Shown piece after piece: positions 48,171 to 62,422 of a DNA stretch of 64,000 nucleotides. The notes beneath the pieces are model-generated. The model searched no databases. It saw only the letters and a list, made by a program, of their open reading frames with translations, and was not told the DNA's origin. The position numbers were made by a program, and so were the translations under genes. This DNA comes from Leptogorgia sarmentosa (taxonomy: Eukaryota): positions 6,572,001 through 6,636,000 of the forward strand of contig OZ210884.1 of assembly GCA_964658305.1 (NCBI GenBank). Reading direction: 5' to 3'. The number at the start of each line of letters is the position of its first letter. The first letter of the stretch is position 1.

Positions 48171-51100
48171 TCACAAATCGAAATCACTATCGTCGTCGAC
48201 ATCATTATCCAACCAATCATCCTCCGCACTTGAAGAATCCCGACTTTCGTTTTCATTCTCATCATCATCGAAGGAGTAAATCACGGCAGCTTTTTTACGC
48301 CTGGCTGGTCTCTTGACAGGCGAGGCACTAGTATCAGCATCGTCACCACTGGATTCGATTCCACGAGATCGTTTCGGCGCTGATTTTGTCTTAGACGTTA
48401 TTTTCGCCTAAAAAGAAAAGGTGAGGTGATCAATGTAGGGTACCGATACAAGGTACTGATTGTGAGGTTAAGATATCCCGATTTCCACTAACGGGTACGG
48501 GTAGGCTAATTTTTTAAAATGAAATTTGCATCAATATCTTTGTATTTAAATTTGATCACTGTATGTGTTCTTTCGTAAAAGAGCATAGGCTGACACAACG
48601 AGCGGAGAAGATTGGATCAAACATGCAAATATACCGCAGAAAATTTCACTAACAAAATAACGCTACACGTACCCGTTTGCGGGAATTGGGATATCTTAAC
48701 CTCTCTGTTATAACAGGCTTGTACAATGCTGAACTGTGCACGTTTTTTCAGTTGTCAAAAAATTGTTCCACATGTTACACCCGATTGCGGGCTGAAAAAT
48801 TGTCGACAACTGTAAACAATATGGGCAGCACAACATCGTTCAAGCATGTTGCAGCAAATTATGCGTTTTCACTCGTGACCTGTCGACGTACCCTTTTAGC
48901 GGGGGGTTTGGCTGTCTTTTTGGCAGGAGAGTTGGCTGTCTTTTTGTCACCGTTGTCGACAGAGGAGTCAGAATCTATTTCTATGCTAACAATCTTGGCT
49001 TGATTCTGTTCAAATTAAAAAGAAAAGTTTGAATATTAATATCCTCAACGCGAGAAAAATATGAGTACACAGTTACACGATGCTGGATTCGCATCGCAGT
49101 TACATTGACTTTGGACGATTTCCAGGCAAATCTGCTTATATCCAGTGGCGTAACAAGGGGGGGGGGGGGGTGCAATGGGGGCAGGTGCCCCCAGCGGCAC
49201 AATTTGAGGGGTGGCATTTTGACATTATTTGACATTTTATTTTACACAATGACGCGAAGCGAAAGGCGCAAATAAAAGATCTCGTAGAAATGTTGCGTAT
49301 TTCAGCTCCATAAATAAATATACAGTCGCCCTGGACCGTAGCCCACGATCTCATCATAGCAAACTTGATAATGCGGGGGGGGGGGGGGGGGAGGGGTATG
49401 GGGTTCGGGGCGGCATTCCTGACATTTGCCCCCAGTGGCACTTGGCTACGTTACGCCACTGCTTATATCTCGTTTTAGGGTTGTTTTTATTTTTAGACTT
49501 TTTGCATTATAATCCTAATCAAAATCCTGACCTTAAACCCAATCCTGATCCTAACCCTAATACCATCCTTAAATCATGTCTGTTAATCTTAATGCTAATT
49601 CTAAAAATAGTAACAGCGAACCGGGCATCGACCGAAGGGAAATTGTGTTGGCGCGCAGGGAAGGGGAGGGGGTTAAAACAGTAGATAATAGTAAAACAAC
49701 ATACCCGCTTTGCCGGAGACTTTAGTTTCTTCACTTTACTTCTGGAAGCTTTAGAAGAAACGGACGAGTCTGAATCGCTAGTTTCTATGGTCTTAGATTT
49801 CTTTGCTTTACTGCCAGAGGTTTGGGATGTCGTTGCGTAAGCTTGTAATGCCATTCTTTGAGCTAACGACAACATATCCCCGCTTCCGCTGTCTTCGCTG
49901 AATCCCCAGTCTTCTTTTGGTTTCTCTTCCTTGGCGATTTCCTTCTCGCTAGCCTTTGCTTTGGCTTCTTGTTTTGCGAAAGCTTTCTCGATTGTATTCT
50001 TCGTCTTTGTTGCGGCAGGTTTGCGAGCTCTCGTGCTTTTGCTTGATTTGCCTGATTTGTTTTTACGAACAATCTTAGATCCGGCTTCAGCATCTTCTCG
50101 TTCCTGGGCTTCAACGACCTACAAGAAAACAAATCCTTTATTATTTAATTACAGTATAGCTAGTAAGGAAAAGAAAAAAAAGTAAAAAGAAATAAAAGAA
50201 AAGAGAAAAGAAAAAAAGTAAAAAGAAAACAAGCAAGTTATGGAACTGAGCTATGGAGGTAGCTGACGAGAGCAAGGTAATGAATGTGTACTTACGGCTG
50301 AAATGCCTGTGAATGGGTAAATAAATGTGACTATGATATTTCACTGAATCTTTTTATTCAAAGTAACATACTTCAAGTTCCTCAAGGAAAGCATCCAAGT
50401 CTTCTATCCACAGATCCTTTGGTGTTTTGTTACGTAATGTTTCCAATTCAGATCGCTAAACAATAAAATATGACATATTTAACCTTCGATTCAGGATAAC
50501 TCAATACAAGAAAGAGCTCATAATTTATCATCATTAAATTGCATCTCTACTTATGGAATATAAATATTCGGTAGGGTTACGAAGGTTCCATGACGGGTTT
50601 AACCCCCCCCCCCCTCCCCCCCCCTTCTCGATAAATTTACCACAGTCATCGCTGAATGCACTCATTGTATTTGAATAAATATTTACCTTATCATCTCGCT
50701 GTTTCAACAACTCATCTTTCTTTTCCTGAGAAAGACTGAGGATCGCCATGCTGAGCAAATAACCGTAATCAGGTCCGCTGACCGCTGGTCTGCCGGTGGA
50801 GGAACTCGATGTTGAACTAACAGAGCTGGTTTCACTAAGAGAACCTTCATCATCAGTTTCCTCAACGATCACATTACTCTTTCTCTGGCTTTCTTTCCAT
50901 GTCTTAACCGGGTCAGAGGGATAACCACGCTCTACCAACTTCATCACAACATCACGTTTCTTCTTGTTTTCTGAAGGATTCGCAACATGTGTTAAAACCG
51001 TTTGCCAGCCACTCACCTATTTCGCCGTCGCCACTTAAAGTTATTTCGTTGTTCTTTCGCACCATGAGTAAAAGATAAAGCAAAACTTAAAATTTTCAGC

Positions 51101-54100
51101 GACTGAATGGGCAGAACACCGTTTAGGCAGTGAGTAAAACGTTGGCTGCTTTTTGACAGAGATGGATTTACTGGGGGTTGCCCAGCCCGCAGACATGATG
51201 ATACAACAACTACAGTGTTTAAATTTCGCGTTCTTCGTTCTTTTTACAGACTGATATAAGAACATACCTACGACGATAGATCCGTCAATTTTCTCCAGGA
51301 TGAATCTCGCTTGCGCCGTTAACCTTTCAGCTTCGGCAGCCAACATCCCTTCGAGAAATTCCTTTCGCTTTACATAGCATTTCAAGCGAACGTCGTAATA
51401 CTCCTTAATGATCTCCTCTACACTCTCAAACTTCTTCAGAGCTCCGAACGCATCAAACAACACCTAAACATAATGAGATTCTTACAGATTAATGCGCGCG
51501 TTAACCAACAGCAAAAGGTGAACTGAAACCACAGAAAAGTACTACCACTAATTGTCAAATAAAAATCCATTTTTCGCACCAAGCGTGGAGTCTTAAGCTC
51601 CACGAGCAATTTTTCCGTGATAAATTTCTTGACAAGTTTATTTTATTGTGTGCAACACAAACAAATTTTTTTCTATCAATTTTTCTTTGACCAGTTTTTC
51701 TTGACCAGATTCAATGTAAATGAATTTCTTTGTTAAGCCATAAAAATTACTAAAGCCTGTTTTCCACTTGGTGAATTTGTTCGCGCGAACAGAGAAAAAT
51801 GCAACTTGATTGGCGGGTGGCTGACGCTGACGACATCTCCAACCAATCACATTCATTTTTCGCTTGTTCGAAAACGAAAAAAGTGACCTCACTTCACTCA
51901 TATTCAACAAAATGCATCTCCTTAAAGGCAACCATTAGATAGTGGCAAAAACATGTTCACTAACCATATTACTGAGATTGATGCTAGATGTAAGGTTAAA
52001 CTTTTTCATCAAGTTTTGATCCTCCATTGCGGCAAGATCTTCTTCGGCCATCGTTACTTTAAAGCTGACCTTCGTGTCCGTGTTATACTCTTTGTAGTCA
52101 CTGAAAATTGAAATGGACGCTTCTTTATTTGTTTTGTTATGGACGACTTGCGCTTTAGAACAACGAAGGATATTTCCTGGAAGAATAATGCGTGTTGGCG
52201 GCTTCTTGGGAAAGATGGGCGAATGCGACAATGCCAGACAATACGTTTGAAATTTCAAAACTATGAACAACATGCAATATGGACAGCCCTACGTATAGCC
52301 AGGAGTGGAAAAAGAGAGCACAACTTGGCAATATAGAAATCCTGCAAACCAACAGAGTGATGTGATTTTACGCTAAATCTGTGCTTAAACATACGTCGTT
52401 TCCTGGGGCCAGAGAAGTGAACAAGCATGCAGAAATACACAAACTAAAACATTGGGTTAAATTTTAACCCAGGTTTATCCCAAAACTAACTTTGAACAAC
52501 TGGCCCCTGGTCGGCAAATTTTAAAATTTAGTTTGTGCTCTTGTGATGGGACTTGCACGTTTACAAAGAAACCTACGTGAGACAGCCCTTGTACTTCGCA
52601 GTACCATACAACATTACGTCCAAGGTGGATTCTTTGTAGCTCTGTGTCCACGTTCCAACAGGCAATTCTGTAATCTCAATTGTCTTTTCATCAAGAACCT
52701 CGGCTCGCCCAAGCACTTCATATTTTTGACGATCAATTTGATTAATCTCACCAGTGTAGTTTTTATACGACGGGTGCTAAATGCAAAAACAAATGTCTAT
52801 AGTGATTTTCTGTCACGGCCAGAAAAATTCACTCTTTCTCTGCGATTGTAGGTCCAGGACAAAAAATCCCCGTACAGACCTGGCGCTCGGTTGATATGAA
52901 GTTAGTAAATCTCTCGTTTATTATATGAGTAATCTTACCAAGGGTTGTCGTTCGCAACGTTGCAACATATCTCTGATATATTGCGCCAACTCACGAACAT
53001 CGAAGTTTGGTATTTTTGTACTGTATCCAGTACCAATGCCATCAGCTCCATTCACCAAAGCCATGGGTATAATAGGACAATACCACTCAGGTTCAATCAT
53101 CTGGTTATCTTCCACCAGGAAATTTAAAATGTTATCATCGTGCTGTGGAAACACAAGCCGTGCTAACGGACTGAGTTTTGTGAAGATGTATCGAGCACTT
53201 GCGGAATCTTTACCGCCATGAATACGAGTACCAAATTGACCAATGGGCATCAGAAGGTTCAAGTTGTTGCTACCGACGAAGTTCTGCGCCAAGTTGACGA
53301 TTGTCATCGCAAGACTTTGCTGAAACAAGTACAAACACCAGAATTTACTTATATATTTCATGAGAAATTTAGCAGATCGAATGGACCGATTGCATAATAG
53401 ACAAAATTTTTAGAAATGCAAAGTTTGGTTGCGAAATGTTGTAAAATGTGCAAGATATGATCATATAAAGTTTGCAAATTTTGTATATTTTAGTATTACG
53501 CACGGCGAATTGATACCCCTGTCGAGAAAAGGGTATCAATTTTGCTTTACCTCTCCGTGGTGGTAAGCGGAAAGTTCAGCCACGGATCCAGAAAGCTGAG
53601 CAACTTTCACTTCCCTCTTATCGTTACGCTTGAAACAGGTAAATAACACCTTCCTTTGGCCCGGCTTTAATCCTTAAAAGGTTTGTACGAAAGAAAAATT
53701 ACACAGTAATTAAGTACTTCACACTAGATTCTAATTGTCTCTGTCTCTCTAATTGTCAAATTGTCTCTCTAATCGTCTCTAAGGTCTCTCTAATTGTCAA
53801 ATTGTCTCTCTAATCGTCTCTAAGGTCTCTCTAATTGCCAAATTGGCTCTCTAATGATCTAATCGTCTCTGTCTCTCTAATTGTCAAATTATCTCTCTAA
53901 TCGTCTCTAATGTCTCTAATTGTCAAATTGTCTCTCTAATCGCTCTGTCTCTCTAATTGTCAAATTGTCTCTCTAATCGTCTCTGTCTCTCTAATTGTCA
54001 AATTGTCTCTCTAATCGTCTCTGTCTCTCTAATTTTCAAAATGTCTCTCTAATCGTCTCTAATGTCTCTCTAATTGTCAAATTGTCTCTCTAATTGCCAA

Positions 54101-57100
54101 ATTGTCAGGTAAATAACACTTTCCTTTGGCCCGGCTTTAATCCTTAAAAGGTTTGTACGAAAGAAAATTACACCGTAATTAAGTACTTCACACTAGATTC
54201 AATGGAATTTTAACTGAAAAAAATTACTGTCTTTCTTGTACTATACTTACCATCAACACAGGATGGAATCGACCTCTCGTTGTCTGCATTGGAGAACAAA
54301 ATTAACTCCTTATTCACAAAATCAGTGTAAGTGATTCTTCGTGTGCCAGGGCCGTATAAATACATCTAGATATAAAAACAGATGGATTAACTAAGGGCTG
54401 AAAATACATCAGCTAAACTGTGCAGTGGTCATTGAGTAAGCAAAATAAACAAATAGAACAACATTTACTGTAGGACTGTTAATTTTTTTGTTTAAAAGAA
54501 TATGAAAGCCCTGTACCTCAGGCAATCCAGCTTCCCTCCTTAACTTTCTATCTTGCAATTGAGTGGACAACCATTCTTTACGTTGAGTAATTTTCTTTTT
54601 ACTGAAAGCCTGGAAAAGAAACCCACGTTTATTGTTGCACTGCTTGCATGGATGCGCAAGTTGAGCTAAAACAAACACTTTGTCCCAACATGGACAATCA
54701 AAGGAATGGACTGCAAAAACGCACGCTAAAACTACACGACATCTGTGATAATGTTTCAAACGCTGTAGTTTCATATCAAATCCAATTCAAGATTTGGTAT
54801 TGACATATTTCAAACCAGAAATGAGTGTGCAATTATTGACATTTTCTAGCTTTTCACTGAATAGTTTGAACAGTGAAATTATACGGTCCCGATGTAAAGC
54901 AAATCCGTATCACGGGTGTCAATAATAGCGCTTTTACGGGGGGGGGGGGTAAAGGAGACAAAAATCACTGTTGAATATTTTATATAACACCTTTTAATGA
55001 CACTAATGAATTAGTGAATTTGTTTTATCCCAAACGAGTTTTAAAAATTGATATGAGCATTGACATTGCCGTTCTTGATCAAAATATATAAATACAAAGT
55101 GCTGAAGCATTTGAAGCGCTTTTGCTTGTGTTTCCAGTGCATTCCTTTGATGGTGTATGAAAAAACTCACCATAGAAATAGCTTCATCATCGGCGATTCC
55201 GGAATAATCAAAGAGAATTCGATGTCTCTCCATATCAGCAAAATATTCCTTAGCCTCTTTCGGCGTACTCGTACCCAAACCTTTGTAGTATTTGACCTTC
55301 CACGACTTTGCGTTTGCAGTGATTTCCTTCCATTCATCAAACTCAGGAATACTATAGAATGCAATTTCTTCTTTGCCTTTGGAAACCTGATAAATGTAGT
55401 CATTGACCTCTAAATGCACAATCCGCTATTACAAAACTAGTGGCTTTTTACACCACCGGGGAATGGCGTTCAACCGGTGATCAGACATGAGGTTATTTTG
55501 CTACAGATGTGGAAAAAGTATTGGATCCCGAGAACCTGGTTCCCAGAATATTTTTGCACATCTGACACAAATATTCCACAGATTTTTTTGGGGGTATGAT
55601 AGATAACTAATAGGCTTGTCCTTTATCCAAAAGCTATTCCATGCTTGCAACAAACTTAGACTTGTGGACACCGTCGAGTAACACAGAAGACAAATCGGGT
55701 CCCAAAAAAACTTTAGAACTTTTTAAATTTTAAAACAACAACGAAGTCCATTTACACTTTATGCCTTATGATTGAAATTTTGTCTTTGTCCGGCGTTGGA
55801 ACGCGAAATTTAAACTGCCTAATGAATTGCCAAAGTTGTCAAATTCTCTCCAATCGTCTCTTCTAATTGTCAAAATGTCTCTCTAACCGTCTCTAATGTC
55901 TCTCTAATTGACAAATTGTCTCTCTAATCGTCTCTAATGTCTCTCTAATTGTCAAATTGGCTGTCTAATGATGTAATCGTCTCTCTAATTGTCAAATTAT
56001 CTCGCCAATCGTCTCTAATGTCTCTGTAATTGTCAAATTGGCTCTCTAATGATCTAATCGTCTCTGTCTCTCTAATTGTCAAATTGTCTCTCTAATCGTC
56101 TCTAATGTCTCTCTAATTGTCAAATTGGCTCTCTAATCGTCTCTGTCTCTCTAATTGTCAAATTGTCTCTCTAATCGTCTCTAATGTCTCTCTAATTGTC
56201 AAATTGTCTCTCTAATGATCTAATCGTCTCTGTCTCTCTAATCGTCTCTGTCTCTCTAATTGTCAAATTGTCTCTCTAATCGTCTCTGTCTCTCTAATTG
56301 TCAAATTGTCTCTCTAATCGTCTCTAATGTCTCTCTAATTGTCAAATTGTCTCTCTAATCGTCTCTGTCTCTCTAATTGTCAAATTGTCTCTCTAATCGT
56401 CTCTGTCTCTCTAATTGTCAAATTGTCTCTCTAATCGTCTCTAATGTCTCTCTAATTGTCTCTGTCTCTCTAATTGTCTCTGTCTCTCTAATCGTCTCTG
56501 TCTCTCCAATTGTCAAATTGTCTCTCTAATCGTCTCTGTCTCTCTAATTGTCAAATTGTCTCTCTAATCGTCTCTGTCTCTCTAATTGTCAAATTGTCTC
56601 TCTAATCGTCTCTAATGTCTCTCTAATTGTCTCTGTCTCTCTAATCGTCTCTGTCTCTCCAATTGTCAAATTGTCTCTCTAATCGTCTCTGTCTCTCTAA
56701 TTGTCAAATTGTCTCTCTAATCGTCTCTGTCTCTCTAATTGTTAAATTGTCTCTCTAATCGTCTCTAATGTCTCTCTAATTGTCTCTGTCTCTCTAATCG
56801 TCTCTGTCTCTCCAATTGTCAAATTGTCTCTCTAATCGTCTCTGTCTCTCTAATTGTCAAATTGTCTCTCTAATCGTCCCTAAGATCTCTCTATTGTCAA
56901 ATTGTCTCTCTAATCGTCTCTAATATCTCCCTAATTGTCAAATTTTCTCTCTAATCATCAAAGTGAACAAACCTTAACAATAGGAGTAATGAACTCCTCC
57001 AGGAAAGGCAAACGCAGGAGATCGGGCCAATTATGATGTATAAAATTAATCAATAATCCCTTGATGTGAGAACCATCTTGATCTTGATCTGTCATGATCA

Positions 57101-60100
57101 TAAGGTGACCATAGCGCAAGCTCTTCATGTCATCAACAGAACGATATTTCTTGCCATATTGCAACCCCATTATTTTAACAATGTTGTTGATTTCAGCATT
57201 TTCCATCAACTGTATGAAACAAGAATATCATTAATTACTTATTGATCTCGACCACTTGGTCTTTATGATAAAATATTAAACCGAGCGATCAAGGTTAATA
57301 ATTAGTTGTATTTTTATTATTCAAAGTGCACAGTATCGTTGGAAAATGTCTGTCGTACCTGTTTATGCGAGGCTTCTCTGACATTGAGCAATTTACCACG
57401 TAAAGGAAACACGCCATATCGATCACGACCAACCACGCTAAGACCGCTCACAGCCAAAGTTTTGGCTGAATCTCCTTCAGTTAAGATGAGGGTACATTCC
57501 AGAGAATTTTTGCTGCCAGCTTCATTGGCATCGTCAAGTTTTGGAATTCCCTTCAGTTTAGAATGTTTACTGCCACTGTTTTTCTTCAATTGACTCTAAA
57601 ATATTCACGTTTACAAGAGCAGTAAAGACAAAGACAACAAGAACGGAATCAAATTGGATTCACATTTCTGAGAAGGAATTGAATGCCCACCTAGGAGAAG
57701 CATTCCAAACACGTAAAACATAAGGAATAGTTGAGAGTCCTATTACATTTCTAAACTCAAATATTGGGCCCACCAGCTTTTTTTGGATGGACCATGTACC
57801 TGTGTTTTCACTTTAACCCAATCAAGTATGTTTTCCACGACACCACAGCTTGTGACCTGTACCAAAACACAAAAATCATAATTTAATGTTCCCACTCAGG
57901 ATAATAAGCATGGAAACATGCATGCTACTAAAAAACATTTTGGTATCCCTGGCGGCAAATTTTGTTTCCGCAACAATGTCTCCAAGGCTGGGCAGAACTG
58001 GGAAACATTCACAGAAACATGTTTCTCCAACGTTACCTAGTTTACTTAGCGCTTTAACATCAACACAAGGCTAACGTCATTGTTTGAAGTAGACTGGCAT
58101 AGTGGTACTGATTATCAACAATCGTGTCGTAATGCAACACCTACAGTAGAAACACTATTCGGAAAAACAATTCTTTAAACATTACCTGTTTTACAAACTT
58201 ATCCCCCAAGACACAGTCTGATCCAAAATCCTTAGCGCGAAGTGTCATATTCTCTTTTGTTTGCGAATCAAAAGATGGATTCTCGACCAAACAATTGATG
58301 AACACCCAAAGATGGTTCTTGATTTGGAATGGTTTAATAGGCACACTTCCTTTCCCGGATTTTTTCTTGATAATACCCGCAAGCTTTTCAACAACTTGAT
58401 CAACAATATAGTTTACATGTGTTCCACCCTAGAACAGCATTATTTTTTTGTTATAAATCTAAAATACTAAATTTCCAAGGATGTTTTAGTTGTGGGCAGA
58501 GAAAATCCTTCCAATTTTCATACATGATGACATTGTATTTCAGGTTTGGTCCAAGTGACATCTTCCCCCAAATTTAAAGCATTTTCTAGTTATAGGGAAA
58601 TAATTAATCTTAACTAATCCAAATATCCATTGAATACTACTGCAATGAAAAGCTACCTTGAAAAAGGAATGAAATAGGGTCATGTAATTAATTATTGTGT
58701 TGTATTACTACAAGTAATTTTCGGGGTGCTGTGATTGGATCCCTGTAATCTGCCATGATTAGATTCTTCATAGATCTTGTTATAATGGTTATGATGTCAT
58801 GTGTAAACGAAGAATACAGGGGCAACGGAAGATTGATAATTGGGGGCAAATATTCATATATTCATGTTCACAGACCTTGAAAGGAGAAGAAATAAGTAAT
58901 GAGTGATTGTGAATATTTGCCCCCGTAATTATTGATCTTCTGCCACCCCTGGAAAAATATATGCAGGGCATTATTTACTATGAATTCGGTGTCCAAAGTA
59001 TACCTTGGTAGTTGCTATACTGTTGACAAAACTTGCTTGTTGAAAACCTTTGTTGCTGACAGTGATTGCGACCTCCCAGCGTCCATTGACTTTCTCATGA
59101 ACAATCTTTCTTTTCTCATCGCCATCATCGTCTGGGTCATTGCCGTCTTGTAGATACAGTTCCATGTAATCCCTGAACGATGGTATCTACCATGATACAA
59201 TAAGATAACATAATGGTAATGCTAATAGATATTATTGCAATATTACTGCTCATGGCAAAAATAGAAATACAGCAGAACTACATATATTACAGATAAAAAA
59301 TATTAATAAAAGGTCCATATAAAAGTGTATTCAACACACAACTGATTTCATAACTTGTATTAGAGTCTCGCACCGAGCTATAAATAAAGGACTGGGGCCG
59401 GTTGTATCAAAGGTGTTTAGCTTAAACGGTGGATAAGCAAAATTTTAAAAACACTCACATTCATTTTGTAAATAATTGAACTTAAATCTTATCAAGTGAA
59501 TGTATAGTTGTTATGTTTAGGCAGAAATGCTTAGTTTCTTGAAGTCAATAGTTCACAATTTTGTTTAAGATTTTTTACTTATATATCCACCGTTTAAGCT
59601 ATATGCCTTTGATACAACCGGCCCCTGGTGACAATTTTGTAGGCGATAGAGGTGCTTTTACATCACAGAAACCTGTAGCGCCGCTATTTCATTTTTGTGG
59701 ATCTCACCTGAAGCCTCTTGCCATTCAAATGGACACTGACACCACGGACACAACCTGCGATATCATATGCTCGTTTTGTGAGTAAAGCCACAGTATCAGG
59801 GTCTAGTTTCTCCATTTTAAACTTTGCCAGATCTGGGTAATATGTAATAGATGTGTAGTCGTTATCATCGGTTTCTTTGATCTTGGGTTCTTTTGTTTGA
59901 GTCATATTCGTTTTCCATGTCTAAAATGATCAATGTTACACTTTAAAACTCTGTCTAGGTTTTTAGGTCCTCAAATCTACAGGTCTTCAATATGCATGCC
60001 CAAACAGGGTGTAATTAGCTTCTCTTAGGCCATGCAACCAGGCCATCCACTATTTTTTGGGACCCCAAATTCATTATATTTGACATTGGTTTTTATCAAA

Positions 60101-62325
60101 AGAAAGGAGTTTTTTGCCTGTAAACAATTGTTTTTCACTTTGTTCCTTCATACTTTTTTTAAAAATTTGAATTGAATTGCAAAATTGTTCCATATAAATA
60201 CTAGCATTTTTTCATTTCATATATCCCCCCCCCTCTCAATTTTTATTAAGTTCCTCCTGCCCTTAGTAATGTATATTTACCAAAATCCACCCAGGGCTTA
60301 AGAATGAACAATTTGATGAAATATATTACCTGTTTGAAATGCTTATTATCACACACAGTTTCCACAGTGAACTCTTTGCTGTAGATGTTGCAGAGTTTAG
60401 CACCGTAGCCATTCCTTCCTCCAGTCACCTTTCTTTGGCTATCGTCATAGTTACTTGATGTAAGCAAATGACCAAATATCATACTTGGTACATACATCTT
60501 CTCGTCTCTATGCATGACAATTGGGATTCCTTTTCCATTATTTCGAACTGATATCATGTTGTTCTCACTAAAAAACCAAAACATTTGGTTGGTAAACATC
60601 CATACCACACCACCTGCCCCCCCTCCCCCACCCCCCTCCTCCAGGAAGGGGTATGGATCAACCTCTCAGCATGTGTTGACTTTCACCCAGAGGACCAAGA
60701 CCCTGGGAATGAGGTTGGACAATAATTTTCAACATCAAACACAGTTGATTGATCTTTAATCTAAAAGTTATCTTTATCTCCAGAGAATTTTGTAAGAATA
60801 TCAGATTTCAGATACTCACGGATCAATGTTAATTTTTATGTAACTCATTCGCGGATCTCTTTGCTTATTGTCAGCTGCATTGACTAAAAAAGAAACAACT
60901 TTGATGATGAATTTCACATTTTCACCTCCCTTACATTCAATTTGTATTGTCTGTAATATCACTCAGTAATCTCAGTTTGATATTTCACAGTGCAGACCCC
61001 ACATTTGGTCAACAATTAGTATTTATTATACAGCAGTAATTGAAGTTTATGGTTTGGAAAGGCTAAATGATTTTTTAGCTACCTATATAACACTAGCAGG
61101 TTATCTTATTTTTAGTACTGTTTGGTATAAAGATAATATACGAATATATGCGCTAATTGGCCTGCAGCAACATTCTACCTGCAGAGAATTATAAGTAGGC
61201 AAATTTTCTAATAACATTTGGGTCGAATTAATTGCAATAGAAGACTAATTAGCCTCAGTCCCAGACAAACAGACCTAATAAGATTTCCTATAAACACTCA
61301 TTTGTACAACGAAAAATCAATATATACCAAAAATATTCCTGGTATATGGATAAGGGAAATTTTCCATTTCAAATTCAACATACCAAGAATTTCATCAAAG
61401 ATCTTGTATAATCCAGGAACAAAAGTAATTTCGCGGTTAACCATACATTTCCTGTCTTCTTCCCAAACCCACATCTGCTGTTTGGTTGGTTCAACAGAAC
61501 CAATGTAAGCATCTGGACGAAGCAAAATGTGTTCTAACTGGGTTTTCTTTTGATAGATCCTTTCAACTGAAAGTCTTTTATTTGATTTTTTTGGTTTATT
61601 TCCTGAAGCATTATTCATATTTTTTTCCTAAATATGAAATAAGAGTATATAACAATTATAAATAATCCTAAAGTTATAACCTTGGGGTCTACAACAAAAG
61701 TCACAGTTCCTGGAGGAAGACTTCTCCCAAGTTAGGCCGGCCTAGCCCATCATTTATGTCTTACCATAAATGATCAATTTGTCTCAATATTTCCACCTGT
61801 CCTGCTGTAAAATTATCAAAGAAATGATTCCTCATCTCTACTGGTTTCTATCACACATTTTTGGTTCCATTATATTTTAGGATTTTAGCCTCATAATTTT
61901 GTGCTGAAGAAAGTCATCAAACTAAAATATAATGTCTTGAAAATGTACTGCTAATTTCAACTGTAAAACAGCGAGATTAAAGACAAAAGCAGCATTCATC
62001 TTATCGGCATTCCACTTTATATCACTGTATTTCGTGTTTCAAGGACAGCCATGTTGTGGTAGGCGAAGGCGGGAAAATTCAAAGCTTTAATACAAAACAT
62101 GACTTTGGTCATAATGAAAGCTTCGCGAATTTGTTTACTAAGTCATTTATATAGCCTCTTTCATTGAAGCCGTTCATGCCCTTTGTTTTGATTCACTCTT
62201 TGCAAAATTTTGCGAATAATCTGGGGCCATTTTAGGAATTCGTTATGGCTTATTCTTCTTCCTAAACAAAGAATACATTTTAACTGTGAAACTTTACTGA
62301 CCTGTAGAGGGCTCGTGGATTCCAT
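48171..62325 (-). CDS. TOP2: DNA topoisomerase II (type IIA), about 1443 aa, 23 exons: 62325-62302, 61627-61384, 60883-60820, 60567-60330, 59920-59708, 59186-59004, 58428-58186, 57856-57800, 57595-57359, 57209-56973, 55386-55171, 54609-54517, 54365-54251, 53672-53551, 53319-52939, 52776-52577, 52100-51965, 51463-51268, 50970-50687, 50455-50372, 50118-49705, 49005-48892, 48407-48171
   Basis: Hallmark motifs are present: YQKKTQLEHILLRPD, EILVNAADN, GGRNGYGAK (GHKL ATPase), LILTEGDSA, PLRGK, IMTDQDQDGSHIKG (TOPRIM), YYKGLGTS and the catalytic SARYIFT, plus a basic/acidic CTD. All junctions are GT-AG and the summed length of 4332 nt is in frame. The first exon and the CTD exons are less certain. 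Confidence 0.96.
49143..49461. mobile_element. hAT-type MITE with 8-bp TSD CTTATATC, in a TOP2 intron
   Basis: CTTATATC|CAGTGGCGTAAC ... GTTACGCCACTG|CTTATATC, with poly-G tracts. Confidence 0.92.
52405..52506. mobile_element. Small Harbinger-like MITE with CTG TSD
   Basis: CTG|GGGCCAG ... CTGGCCC|CTG. Confidence 0.65.
53732..54105. repeat. Intronic minisatellite (TCTCTCTAATTGTCAAATTG/TCTCTCTAATCG modules), array 1
   Basis: The compound unit is about 37-39 bp. The array is flanked by a 95/96-bp direct repeat. Confidence 0.92.
55835..56958. repeat. Intronic minisatellite of the same family, array 2 (about 1.1 kb)
   Basis: It uses the same modules as 53732-54105 and begins about 15 bp from the exon-10 donor. 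Confidence 0.95.
59395..59624. mobile_element. Harbinger-like MITE with CTG TSD, in a TOP2 intron
   Basis: CTG|GGGCCGGTTGTATCAAAGG..AGCTTAAACGGTGGATA ... TATCCACCGTTTAAGCT..CCTTTGATACAACCGGCCC|CTG. Confidence 0.88.
62066..62155 (-). promoter_or_regulatory. Candidate internal TOP2 promoter: TATA plus CHR (TTTGAA) plus E2F (TTTCCCGCC)
   Basis: The minus strand reads CTATATAAATG ... TTTGAATTTTCCCGCCTTCGCCTACCACAACATGG. Confidence 0.45.
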
Positions 62326-62422
62326 CTTTTCGAAAGGCCAAAGCAAAGATTTAGTCTGTAATCTTCGACCAAAGCAGGCAAATCAGACGAAGCACGGTCG
62401 CCGACAAGAGAAGTGCCAAGGA

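Noticed and set aside
49136..49441. Pro-rich ORFs in a TOP2 intron
   Set aside because: They arise from the poly-G/C tracts of the hAT MITE.
48171..62325. Assignment to TOP2A versus TOP2B
   Set aside because: The alpha/beta split is vertebrate-specific and cannot be assigned from this sequence without a phylogeny, so the gene is called simply TOP2.
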